Positions 1-8,772 of a stretch of 64,000 nt of DNA are shown here, piece by piece. Origin of the DNA: a virus. Lineage: Duplodnaviria; Heunggongvirae; Uroviricota; Caudoviricetes. The notes beneath the pieces are model-generated. The model did not search any database and was not told where the DNA came from. It saw nothing but the letters and a program-made list of their open reading frames with translations. The translations under genes were made by a program, and so were the position numbers. Every line of letters starts with the position of its first letter. Position 1 is the first letter of the stretch. Where the stretch lies: the IMG/VR virus record IMGVR_UViG_3300006794_000002; one strand, 5' to 3'.

Positions 1-14
1 ATGTTGCAAGGGTC

Positions 15-416
15 ATGATGAGCGAGTGGCACCACGTTCCAGAGGAATTACGTGCCGCTGGTGCTGTGGCGGTTAAGCAGTACGGTTGGAGTCGAGTCGC
101 CCATTGGAGCGGCAGACAGCACAACGGCCACTGCTTCCATGTTTATGCTGGAACAGCAGATCAGATTTATCGCCACAGCGCTGTGCCAGCGCCCGACGTT
201 TGGGATGCAGTAAATCGAACATGGCACTGGCGATTGATCGGCAGTGGTGGCCTTGTCCACACGAACTACAAGCGTGGTTCAAATGTGGGGTGTGCCGCTG
301 ATGCAGGACGACAACTCTTTGCAAGAAGCGCTACCAGATGCGCCTTGCGTGGTTGGAGTGCTGAGCAGATTCTTGAACGGTACTATAGGCACAGAGAGGC
401 GAGGCTGATAAGGTGA
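15..416 (+). CDS. hypothetical protein (His/Trp-rich, 133 aa)
   Basis: ORF in six-frame track. Tightly packed with the next ORF (4-nt overlap at 413–416). Confidence 0.35.
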   Translation: MMSEWHHVPEELRAAGAVAVKQYGWSRVAHWSGRQHNGHCFHVYAGTADQIYRHSAVPAPDVWDAVNRTWHWRLIGSGGLVHTNYKRGSNVGCAADAGRQLFARSATRCALRGWSAEQILERYYRHREARLIR

Positions 417-670
417 TAGGATTGATCGCAGTAGCGGTGTACTTGATTCTACTAGCGTTCTTCGTTGGCGGTTGCGTCTTCGATGAACTAGAGAGCAACA
501 CGATAGACCTTGGAAAGACAATGGCCGCTGGCCGGTCAATTTTCAGCAATCCGATTCACGTTCGAAAGTTTCGGACATGGACGTACTTCTGGAAAGACAT
601 AACTTGGTTTGTGTTCTGGCCTATTAGCCTTCCTGCTCTTTTCATTTATTCGAAATGGAGACACAGGTGA
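413..670 (+). CDS. small membrane protein (2–3 predicted TM helices)
   Basis: Hydrophobic stretches LIAVAVYLILLAFFVGG and WFVFWPISLPALFIY. Start overlaps the upstream stop. Confidence 0.35.
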   Translation: MIGLIAVAVYLILLAFFVGGCVFDELESNTIDLGKTMAAGRSIFSNPIHVRKFRTWTYFWKDITWFVFWPISLPALFIYSKWRHR

Positions 671-843
671 ACTGCGACTGCGACAAGCATGATGGAAGAC
701 ACGGACAATGTATCAATTGCTCCTGTAAAACAGGAGACGCAGCCGTATACTACGATACTGATGCACCAACGTTTATCGCCCTTGCTGCATTAGCCGTGGT
801 GCTGGTTCCGCTAGTATTTGCAGTGTTTATAATTCTGAGTTAG
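655..843 (+). CDS. small Cys-rich protein with C-terminal TM helix
   Basis: CDCD…CINCSC cysteine cluster, then a hydrophobic C-terminus (ALAALAVVLVPLVFAVFIIL). Confidence 0.3.
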   Translation: METQVNCDCDKHDGRHGQCINCSCKTGDAAVYYDTDAPTFIALAALAVVLVPLVFAVFIILS

Positions 844-1145
844 GTGGACTCTCGCGGGTGCGGTATACACTTCATTAAGGGAGCGCCCCAACGGTCTTTG
901 AATCGTGGCGCGTTATAACCTTGGGTCGAGGGGAACTAGACGCATCTGAGGAAGTTCTCGGCAACTACGTCAGCCTAGTGGGTTAAATCCCATCCGTGGT
1001 GACACGAGTGACGAGTACAGGGACGATCCGGTTAAGTCCGGGGTGAAACGACTGACAGCGTAGGTGGTTGCAAGCGCAAATAGGCCAAGTGGACCGACGT
1101 TCCTATACTTGGCGGGTAGCGTGCATAGTCGGATGAGGGTCTTCA

Positions 1146-1349
1146 ATGACAGAACCGGGGCTACAGCCTAACTCAGAACTAGAAACCTATAGACGAGCGC
1201 TGAACTTTTGGTACTTCAAAGCCATAGAGCAGCAAAAGCAACTACGAGACGCCACCAACCAGTTTCCGTGCGGCCAGTGTGGAAATAGCCATAAGCCTCA
1301 CGAGGAATGGTGCGCCTTCTTGCACCTTGGAGAAGATGACGAACCGTAA
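1146..1349 (+). CDS. hypothetical protein (67 aa, CxxC motif)
   Basis: ORF with a CGQCGN motif. Follows a ~300-nt noncoding stretch. Confidence 0.3.
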   Translation: MTEPGLQPNSELETYRRALNFWYFKAIEQQKQLRDATNQFPCGQCGNSHKPHEEWCAFLHLGEDDEP

Positions 1350-1369
1350 AGAGCGTATGCGCTGGCACT

Positions 1370-2065
1370 GTGATTGGTGCCGCAAACATCCCGGTTGGGG
1401 AGACAAGGACAGGATTGTTGGTAATGACCCAAACAGAACAAAGCACTCCGACCGGCTTCGACTGGAAGAGTTTAAAACTCGACACGATGATTATGGTAGA
1501 CACGGAAGCGAGTGGTCAGAGTCCTAGTGTCGGAAGCCTGATCGCTATTGGTGCTTGCGTTGTTACTGATCCTAGCAAAGTGTTCTACAAAGAGATTCAA
1601 CCTGAGGCCGACAAGCCTTGGAGCATGGACGCTCAGAAGGTTCACGGCTTGACGCAGGGACATCTTGCCAGAAATGGTGAGTACCCAAAGCAAGCGATGT
1701 GGGACTTTGAGGGCTGGCTGGATAGCGTTAAGGGTGAAACCCGCCTGACGTTTGTCGGCTGGAACGCGACCTTTGACTGGATGTGGATCGAAGATTACTT
1801 CCGTAAGTATCTCGGTCGAAATCCCTTTGGTATCAGCGGGCTAGACCTGAAGGCTTTCTATCTTGGGAAGCACTGGCCGGAAACCTACAAATGGTCTGAC
1901 ACAGCCAAGCGTCCAGTCTATGACAGATACCCTGTCGGTTCGCCTCACACCCACAACGCTCTTGACGACGCAATCGAGCAAGCAGAGTTGGCGCGGCGTC
2001 TGATGGAGATTGGAGAATTCCAAGGTGTCAAAGCGCTCCCGCTCGACCGCAAGAAGAAAAGGTAA
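1370..2065 (+). CDS. DEDDh 3'-5' exonuclease (DnaQ/epsilon-like)
   Basis: Exo I motif MVDTEASG, Exo II WNATFDW and Exo III HNALDDA are all present in the translation. The true start may be an internal Met (MIMVDTE…). Confidence 0.6.
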   Translation: MIGAANIPVGETRTGLLVMTQTEQSTPTGFDWKSLKLDTMIMVDTEASGQSPSVGSLIAIGACVVTDPSKVFYKEIQPEADKPWSMDAQKVHGLTQGHLARNGEYPKQAMWDFEGWLDSVKGETRLTFVGWNATFDWMWIEDYFRKYLGRNPFGISGLDLKAFYLGKHWPETYKWSDTAKRPVYDRYPVGSPHTHNALDDAIEQAELARRLMEIGEFQGVKALPLDRKKKR

Positions 2066-2312
2066 GTACTGGAAGAAGTTCTACCACTATTTCTGCTCTG
2101 ACTGTCGAAGGGAGCGCGTCTTCGTCAAGAGGATAGACATTGAAGCCCGACCAAGACCCGACAATTACTACGAGAGACACGAACTCATAGACAGTTGGGA
2201 CTTCTGTGAGATGGCTGGTTTCAAACGGTCCTTCTCCGCGCCATTTTACAAACGCAGAGATTTAATTAGAAAGATGATAGATCGACACGAAAGGAAAGTA
2301 AAGCATGAGTGA
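2010..2312 (+). CDS. hypothetical basic protein
   Basis: K/R-rich ORF. Overlaps the exonuclease end by ~55 nt, so the start is uncertain. Confidence 0.25.
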   Translation: MENSKVSKRSRSTARRKGKYWKKFYHYFCSDCRRERVFVKRIDIEARPRPDNYYERHELIDSWDFCEMAGFKRSFSAPFYKRRDLIRKMIDRHERKVKHE

Positions 2313-2751
2313 CGGCGCTAACTACGGCATTGGTGCCGAAAGAGCAATCGACACGATCCTCGGCGGCAAGCCCTCGCCTAAAGAAGATGAGGGAATGACG
2401 CCACAAGAAATGTACGACATGCTCATGGAGGCTACCGATCCACCTACTGAGTGGAGTTACGGCAGCACGGCGAACGTAGCAGCCAAGCGGGTACTGAAGT
2501 TCCTGATCGATCATCCAGAGTATCGTGATCTGCCAGCGGACGGCGACTACGACTGGACTGACCGTGAAAACTATACTGGTTTTCATCTGGTCAAGCCGGG
2601 TCTTTCAGAGACGATGAAGGAGCATGGTGTAGACGTGGACAAAGGTCTTGGCCTGAGCGGATTCCAGTACGGTTGGGCTGTCAACGCAGCCAAGTACGCA
2701 ATCGGCGCTCCACCTGTCGCTAACCCCGCCCTTTTGACAGTCAAAGGGTAA
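2305..2751 (+). CDS. hypothetical protein (148 aa)
   Basis: ORF ending just before a strong terminator hairpin. Confidence 0.4.
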   Translation: MSDGANYGIGAERAIDTILGGKPSPKEDEGMTPQEMYDMLMEATDPPTEWSYGSTANVAAKRVLKFLIDHPEYRDLPADGDYDWTDRENYTGFHLVKPGLSETMKEHGVDVDKGLGLSGFQYGWAVNAAKYAIGAPPVANPALLTVKG

Positions 2752-2756
2752 CAAAA

Positions 2757-2800
2757 AGAAGCCCCCTTGGTCTTGTGACCTTGGGGGCTTTTCTTTATTC
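2757..2800. terminator. bidirectional rho-independent terminator between convergent gene blocks
   Basis: GCCCCC–ttGGTCttgtGACCtt–GGGGGC nested hairpin followed by TTTTCTTTATT. Confidence 0.6.
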
Positions 2801-2812
2801 CAATACAGGATA

Positions 2813-3004
2813 CTAGTTGACGGCTCTTCCGCCTTTCTGCCGAACATCCTTCACGAGAAGTCCTGCCGCCTGATACGTTAAGGCGAGTTTCCTGACATGG
2901 GACTCAATCTTCTGAGCCTTTAAAACCGCAACTTCAGTGCGTGCGTCTTTCACGTCGTCTTCCTCTAACTTGTACCAAGGGAGTAGTTTACTCAAAAGTG
3001 ACAT
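2813..3004 (-). CDS. hypothetical small protein (last gene of the lysis cassette)
   Basis: ORF with a charged coiled-coil-like sequence. Overlaps the upstream ORF by 17 nt. Confidence 0.3.
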   Translation of the reverse strand: MSLLSKLLPWYKLEEDDVKDARTEVAVLKAQKIESHVRKLALTYQAAGLLVKDVRQKGGRAVN

Positions 3005-3233
3005 ACTTTCCTCCCTTGTTGTAGATTCTAACCTCAGTGGTTAGTTTTTCTATGGCATCGGTCTGCGATTCCAGTACCTCAACTGCCTTGTCACCACGGG
3101 CGACCGCTTTGTCGTAGATGAATCGCGGAACGACCCATCCCTTAACAAACGCCCACACCGACAGCGCCAAGTACGCCACAAGCAAAGCGATTGCTGGTGG
3201 TGCAAGGAACTGTAGTGGATCAATAGGTGGCAT
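2988..3233 (-). CDS. membrane protein, holin/antiholin-like
   Basis: One N-terminal TM helix (PPAIALLVAYLALSVWAFV). Adjacent to the holin-like and endolysin genes. Confidence 0.35.
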   Translation of the reverse strand: MPPIDPLQFLAPPAIALLVAYLALSVWAFVKGWVVPRFIYDKAVARGDKAVEVLESQTDAIEKLTTEVRIYNKGGKYVTFE

Positions 3234-3236
3234 GGT

Positions 3237-3572
3237 CTACCTCTCTAGTCTTCCAGTCAGGTACATCCATTCCCAAACGACTGCCGGAACAGCGAACATT
3301 ATCAAGGCAATTACCAACAGCCAAAGACTGATCGGAGATGCTACAGGTATAGCAGCCCATCCTAAAAGCCTGTTTAAACCTAGAAACCCAAGGATGGTTG
3401 AACCGATTGCGCCTGTAGAAGCAACGATTAGCCTCTCCCTGATAGCCCCGGATACGAGATTCGTTTTCTCAGCATACCTTCTAGCCTTGTTGAGAACGTA
3501 GACTGCGTGCCATCTGAATAGCGGTATTGTCATAAAGACAAGTACCAAAATTGCTAGAATATAGTCTTCCAT
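3237..3572 (-). CDS. holin-like membrane protein (3–4 TM helices)
   Basis: Multiple hydrophobic helices. ATGA overlap with the upstream endolysin-like gene. Confidence 0.4.
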   Translation of the reverse strand: MEDYILAILVLVFMTIPLFRWHAVYVLNKARRYAEKTNLVSGAIRERLIVASTGAIGSTILGFLGLNRLLGWAAIPVASPISLWLLVIALIMFAVPAVVWEWMYLTGRLER

Positions 3573-4645
3573 TAGTGCCTCGCTACAATTGCCTGAGCAT
3601 CTGCTACGTCTGCATCAGACTTAGCCTTTAAGTCAGCAAGGTCGGCTTGTGCCTTGTCTAGAACTGCCTGAAGTGGTGCAAGTAGATCGACGTTGTGGAC
3701 ATCTGACACTAGGCTAGCATCAACTAGGGCAATCTTTGGGTTGGTTCCAGCGATCTTACTTGTCCTTACCAGAACCCCACGGTACTTACCGTCAGGCGTG
3801 ATTCCGAACAACTTGACCTCGCCGGGACCAATGTTGAACATCTTTGTCAGAGTCTCAGGATGAAGTACGGGCGTCTTTGCCCCTACAGTGCCCCTAGACA
3901 GTTCTACAACGTTCGAATAAATCATTTCCGTGTCTCCGGTTGGTTCTTCAATAATAGGTGGTACAGCGGCGCTCTTATAGCCGAAGGCAACATGGATTCC
4001 ATCAGCGCCACGGTCGAGGATTCCCGACACATCACTCCACTTGATCCACTCGCCAGCGTATCGAACACTGCCGTCTTTCTTTAGAGGCTTGCCGAATGGG
4101 TCAAGCCAGAATACTTCCTGAACACCAGCCGTCACGCGAGCGCCGATGATGGCAAAGGCGTGACCGCCGTTGTACGAACCCACCCATCTTTTCAGATGTG
4201 GTGTTAGTTTCTTGCACTTTGCTGTGACACGCACCGCTGCTCCGTTATTCAGAAGATCGATCACTTCATCCGGAGTGCCCGACCCAAAGAAGATCGGCGC
4301 TTCAGGGAGCAACTTCTGTAGCGCTCTCTGGCTACCGGCTGTCGTGGTACCGTGCATCTGAGTCTGACCTGTGGCTTCCCACAGAGTCTTCACAAAGTTT
4401 TCGGGTGGCGTGTCTTCTATCTTTCTCGGCAGAGGCATGTCGTAACCTGTCCATGCTAGTACCATGGCTAGGCTTGCTAACATGCACTGCACATGAGGCG
4501 GTGCGAAGTAACCGCGTTGAGTTATGAATTGAAGGCGACCTTCGGGAAGGATTGATACGCCATCAGGCAATGCCGTCATCGTCTTCGTCCTCGCTGTCGT
4601 CGCGCTTGTCGTTGTCATCCTCAGGTTCGTCACTGGTGTCAGCAA
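3572..4645 (-). CDS. putative endolysin, papain-fold cysteine peptidase (CHAP/NlpC-P60/C39-like)
   Basis: Cys…His pair (QCMLASLAMV … NGGHAFAII) in the N-terminal two-thirds. Sits immediately downstream of the tail genes and upstream of the holin-like ORFs. Confidence 0.45.
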   Translation of the reverse strand: MLTPVTNLRMTTTSATTARTKTMTALPDGVSILPEGRLQFITQRGYFAPPHVQCMLASLAMVLAWTGYDMPLPRKIEDTPPENFVKTLWEATGQTQMHGTTTAGSQRALQKLLPEAPIFFGSGTPDEVIDLLNNGAAVRVTAKCKKLTPHLKRWVGSYNGGHAFAIIGARVTAGVQEVFWLDPFGKPLKKDGSVRYAGEWIKWSDVSGILDRGADGIHVAFGYKSAAVPPIIEEPTGDTEMIYSNVVELSRGTVGAKTPVLHPETLTKMFNIGPGEVKLFGITPDGKYRGVLVRTSKIAGTNPKIALVDASLVSDVHNVDLLAPLQAVLDKAQADLADLKAKSDADVADAQAIVARH

Positions 4646-4694
4646 TGTCCTTTGGAAGTTTGTCGTTTAGTTTGTAAATCTTCATTTCTTCTCC

Positions 4695-5363
4695 TTAGAA
4701 GATGCCGGGATTTTGATGATTAACAACACCCCTTGGTGTTCCGCTGCGAACGCCGATTGTCAATGCGGCGCTGTTCGGAGTGCCTGAGGCCCAAGTGACA
4801 GCAGCAGGGTCGTCCGAAGCAGCGGTAACGATCTTGTAGTAAAGCATGGCACCCGTAGATGTACCTTCGTCGGTAGCCAACTGCGTGTATCCAGTCGGTC
4901 CAGACGATGCCGGTGTTGCGGTTGCTGCGTTAGCGCACGCCCATGCAAATGAGATGTAGGTAGTTACTCCCCAACCAGTTGTAAGGTTGGGTGGATTCAT
5001 AGTTGCTGTTGATGCTGTAGCGGCATAACCCGATGAAACCGGGGTGCCGGTAAAGCCACGTATGACAACGCATATCGAAACGGCGTTGTCTGAACCGCTA
5101 GAGAAGTGGCAGACGTTAACCGTTGTTCCGGCTTCACTGTTATCGGCTGCTATCTTATATAGACAGCGCATACCAAGGTTTGTACCCGATCCACTGTCGA
5201 GCGTTGCGAAGCCGTTGTCTTCGTTACCGGCGTTTGTGGTACCACCGGATCGGAACCAGAAGACGAGTATCAGATCACCAGTCTGTGTTCCGGCAGGAAT
5301 TACCGCCTTTTGCTGGTTGACATTGCCTGTCCATGTTCCGGTACCAACTATATACGACTGCAT
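4695..5363 (-). CDS. minor tail protein (Gly/Thr/Ser-rich)
   Basis: Low-complexity G/T/S-rich 222-aa ORF. Start overlaps the collagen-like fibre gene stop. Confidence 0.4.
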   Translation of the reverse strand: MQSYIVGTGTWTGNVNQQKAVIPAGTQTGDLILVFWFRSGGTTNAGNEDNGFATLDSGSGTNLGMRCLYKIAADNSEAGTTVNVCHFSSGSDNAVSICVVIRGFTGTPVSSGYAATASTATMNPPNLTTGWGVTTYISFAWACANAATATPASSGPTGYTQLATDEGTSTGAMLYYKIVTAASDDPAAVTWASGTPNSAALTIGVRSGTPRGVVNHQNPGIF

Positions 5364-7153
5364 TACGACCTCGTGTACGTTATCATCACGCCAAGTAGGT
5401 AGACTGTGGTCGCTGTCATTGTGTCCGAACCGTTACCACCGACACGAGCAATACGGAAGTTGACAAGATCACCGGCTGCTGGCGTTCCTGAAATCGTACA
5501 AGCACCAGTAGCGGCAGAAATGTTGTTCTTACCCGATCCGTTATTGGCGTCGGTAACTGTTTGTGGAGTACCGTAGGCTAGGTCTAGGGCTTCGTTGTCT
5601 CCCCACGCAGCGCCTTCTATCTGCCACACCACTGCGTTACCAGATGCGTTAGCAATTTCCCAATAGAACTTCGCGGTGACTGTACCCGCGTTCCAATCGG
5701 AAGGCATTGCAACCGTACACTCTAGATAAGAGGTAACTGCGTCAGCAAATGAAGCGCCCCAAACAGTGTTCTTGTTTGTCGCCATTTCTATCAGTGTCGG
5801 ATATCCAGCACCGTTCGTAATAGAAGGCCACATGCCAGCGGTAGAGAGCCACAACTGACCAGCGGGAGCGGGACCAGTTGCTCCGGTTGCACCGTTCGAA
5901 CCGTTAGTGCCCGCCGCGCCTGTCGCTCCAACATCTCCTGTCCTAGCAACTGTGATAATGAACACATCGTTGTTAGACCAAGTTCCGGCAGAAGCAACGT
6001 GTGTAACTGTAAATGTGTCCCAAGTACCGTTGTCTGTCAGCGTTGCGCTGAACGAGAAGATACCAAACGTTGCCGGTGTTCCTTGCTTGACGAATCGAAT
6101 GTATCCCTTGACAGAAGTGTTTGTCGAGTCGTCCCAAGTTGCGATCCATGCTGCAACGTTGTTGGCGTTGTTGTCTGTCTCAGAGATATATAGTGCTGTT
6201 GCCGATGCTATGGTCGCGTTGTTAAGGCGGAAGAAACCGGCAGTAGGATCGGCGTTTGTAGTTGTGGTGCTGTACTTCCAAGGAATACCCGAATCAGCAC
6301 CAGCCGCTCCTGTCGAACCTGTTGATCCTGTCGAACCCGTAGCACCCGTGTCACCCTTGTCACCAGTTCTTGATCCAGCGATATACACAGTGTCATCGGC
6401 GGAGAACGTACCTGTTCCTGTTACCCATGTGACCGTCAATTGATCCCATGAGCCATTGTCCGTAATCGCCGCTGATATCGAGTAGGTGTGGCGAACAGAA
6501 CCAGATGAGTTTCTGATTGTAATGTATGATCTTAACGTGCTGGTTGAGTCGTCCAGTGCGCTCAGGAATCCAGAAGCATCAATGCTATTAGCATCTGTTT
6601 CGTAAATAGCAATGGCTGTGACGCTTGCCGGGGTCGCGTTGTTGTAGCGCATGTTGCCGGTTGACGGGTCGGCCATGGTGGTACTTGACTTCCATGTGTA
6701 CTTGTGGCCGCTTGGCTCGCCGGTCGCTCCTGTTGCTCCGGTAGAGCCAGTAGCGCCGGTTGCTCCCGTTGCGCCTGTGGAACCCACTAGGCTGACCTGA
6801 CCTGAAGCGTTGTAAATAGACCACGCATTGCCATCGTAGACCGCAGTGCCGTCAGCAGGGATCGTGAACTTAGCAATCGAGTTAGCCGCTGCTGTTCCGC
6901 CGATGAACAACTCAAACCATTTAGTCGCACCAGCGTTAGTGTTACGAACCGTGATGGTCTTAACTAGAGCAGAGTGGCTCGCTGGCGCAGTGTAAAGTGT
7001 TGCGGCGGCAGCGGCTAATTGGCCCTGATAAAGAGTCTTGAAATCCTCCGCGCTTCCGCTAGTGTCAGACTCATCGCCTAGTACTGTTATTGTGACTGTG
7101 GTTGCCGATTCAGCGACACCCCTCAGTGTTTGTGTTGCTTCAAGTGTTAACAT
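5363..7153 (-). CDS. tail fiber protein with collagen-like Gly-X-Y repeats
   Basis: Three Gly-X-Y tracts: GSTGATGATGATGSTGATGATGEP, GDKGDTGATGSTGSTGSTGAAGAD and GDVGATGAAGTNGSNGATGATGPAP. Confidence 0.6.
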   Translation of the reverse strand: MLTLEATQTLRGVAESATTVTITVLGDESDTSGSAEDFKTLYQGQLAAAAATLYTAPASHSALVKTITVRNTNAGATKWFELFIGGTAAANSIAKFTIPADGTAVYDGNAWSIYNASGQVSLVGSTGATGATGATGSTGATGATGEPSGHKYTWKSSTTMADPSTGNMRYNNATPASVTAIAIYETDANSIDASGFLSALDDSTSTLRSYITIRNSSGSVRHTYSISAAITDNGSWDQLTVTWVTGTGTFSADDTVYIAGSRTGDKGDTGATGSTGSTGSTGAAGADSGIPWKYSTTTTNADPTAGFFRLNNATIASATALYISETDNNANNVAAWIATWDDSTNTSVKGYIRFVKQGTPATFGIFSFSATLTDNGTWDTFTVTHVASAGTWSNNDVFIITVARTGDVGATGAAGTNGSNGATGATGPAPAGQLWLSTAGMWPSITNGAGYPTLIEMATNKNTVWGASFADAVTSYLECTVAMPSDWNAGTVTAKFYWEIANASGNAVVWQIEGAAWGDNEALDLAYGTPQTVTDANNGSGKNNISAATGACTISGTPAAGDLVNFRIARVGGNGSDTMTATTVYLLGVMITYTRS

Positions 7154-7573
7154 CTAACTCACAAAATAGGCGAAAGCGCGACTACCAGAGCCGCCACCCT
7201 CACCCGGAACAATCGGAGTGCCTTCTGAGTCGCCGTCACCGACGTAGAGCATTCCAGTATTTACATCAATACTCAACTTAGCGTAGAGACTGTTTGGAAG
7301 AATCTCGACCACCCACTTTCCACCAGTACCATGGTCAACTGCGAAGAAGCCGTAGTCCCCGGCACTTACGTGCATAAGCGCAGGAACCCTAAAGCCTTCA
7401 GATGCGGCCTCATAGTTGCTGTTTAGGTAGGCGCTTGCCTCGACAAATACATCGCCCTCAACGACTTCCGCAATCTCGCCGTACTGGTACTCGATCTGAG
7501 CGCCAGAGTGCATTCCCTGAGCCGTGGCTTTTCGGATGACATCTATAATTCTCTGTGCGTCACCGTGGCCCAT
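7154..7573 (-). CDS. minor tail protein
   Basis: ORF packed between tail genes. Gly-rich C-terminus. Confidence 0.35.
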   Translation of the reverse strand: MGHGDAQRIIDVIRKATAQGMHSGAQIEYQYGEIAEVVEGDVFVEASAYLNSNYEAASEGFRVPALMHVSAGDYGFFAVDHGTGGKWVVEILPNSLYAKLSIDVNTGMLYVGDGDSEGTPIVPGEGGGSGSRAFAYFVS

Positions 7574-8772
7574 TAGAAGTCAGTCTCCTTTCTGATGTTC
7601 GTAACCTGTATCGTCTGTCGAGAACTGACAAGAGGGACCGTGAAACGAGAAAGCCTGTACTGGCTGTCGATCTTGGCGTAGTCCTTTTCAGTGATGCGAA
7701 TAACGTCATCGCCCTCTAGGGCAGGATTGCAGATCGTATCGCACTGTACCGTCTCTGTGATCTGGAAGCGAACGTCCCAAGCCTTGTTCAATGCCTTGTC
7801 TGCCTTGGCTCCGCTATCAATCTTGTCGTCTTTAATCATCCAAACCCTGTCGCCAATTAGATCAATGTTGGTCTTTGACGATGGGTTTGTGTCTACCCTT
7901 TCCCTTCTGATCGGATTGTCTGCGCCGCCACCAATCACAATGACGTGGTTGTAAAGGTTGTCGTCTGTGAACGAGCGCCTTACGTTGGTCAACATTCCAG
8001 TCCTGTCTTCCGAAGAGTAAAAGTGCCATACTTGTGCTTTGTCCCTCGCAGCCTTGCGATCCTGAACGATGAACCGACCCATAGGGTCGAAGTACGCATC
8101 AATGTCCCATTCCGCGCAGCGCTCTTTCAGCCAGTCACCGCGAGACGTTCCTTCTTCAATTGTTAGTTTCTTGGCAAGCGTCTTCTCGTCGTCGCTTCTT
8201 CCGTCTAGGTTGTCTATGATCGGAGCAAGAGGCTGATCCACACCAGTGTCAGCGATGATGTCGCGGACGATCAACATATACGGTGTGCCTATCGGATAGT
8301 TGACCGGCTTCAACGTGTAACTCTTGGAAATCTTCTTCCAAAGATCGCTCATTGTTAGAACGACAAGGCTCATGTTGCGCTCAACAAGAATCTCGGCGTT
8401 ATCAATCATGAACGTTCCCACAGGCACGTAGGTTGGCGTTCCAACGATGTAGAGTCCCCTGTAGAGCCTGACTACTCGATTGAGATAAATCTTTCCAACC
8501 CACGGGCCTTCCGGGTCAAAGTCTTCCGTTGCCGGTGTGAACTCTGCCGTAGGATTCAGCAAAGTTAGTTCTGAGGTTCGTCGCGTTCCTCTAGTGGTAT
8601 CAACATCTACGTTTCCATCAGAGATGAAGTTAGAGATGTTGTTGGTCTGGTTGGCGCTGAAGATTGTGCCCCCCTCTACCTCTTGAAAATCGGTATCGAG
8701 AAGCACAGCCTTACATGCGTACTGATGTTCTTGTCTTAGAGTCTGCTTGAAGATATCGCTGACTTGCCACAT
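7573..8772 (-). CDS. minor tail / baseplate-like protein
   Basis: 399-aa ORF directly downstream of the large tail protein. ATGA-type overlaps on both sides. Confidence 0.4.
   Translation of the reverse strand: MWQVSDIFKQTLRQEHQYACKAVLLDTDFQEVEGGTIFSANQTNNISNFISDGNVDVDTTRGTRRTSELTLLNPTAEFTPATEDFDPEGPWVGKIYLNRVVRLYRGLYIVGTPTYVPVGTFMIDNAEILVERNMSLVVLTMSDLWKKISKSYTLKPVNYPIGTPYMLIVRDIIADTGVDQPLAPIIDNLDGRSDDEKTLAKKLTIEEGTSRGDWLKERCAEWDIDAYFDPMGRFIVQDRKAARDKAQVWHFYSSEDRTGMLTNVRRSFTDDNLYNHVIVIGGGADNPIRRERVDTNPSSKTNIDLIGDRVWMIKDDKIDSGAKADKALNKAWDVRFQITETVQCDTICNPALEGDDVIRITEKDYAKIDSQYRLSRFTVPLVSSRQTIQVTNIRKETDF

Noticed and set aside
5907-6443. 178-aa plus-strand ORF antisense to the collagen-like tail fibre, and similar antisense ORFs inside the tape measure (e.g. 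16414..16833 +, 12865..13170 +).
   Set aside because: They mirror the low-complexity, GC-rich repeats of the sense gene (Pro/Ala/Val-rich) and lack RBS or context. They are typical antisense artefacts.
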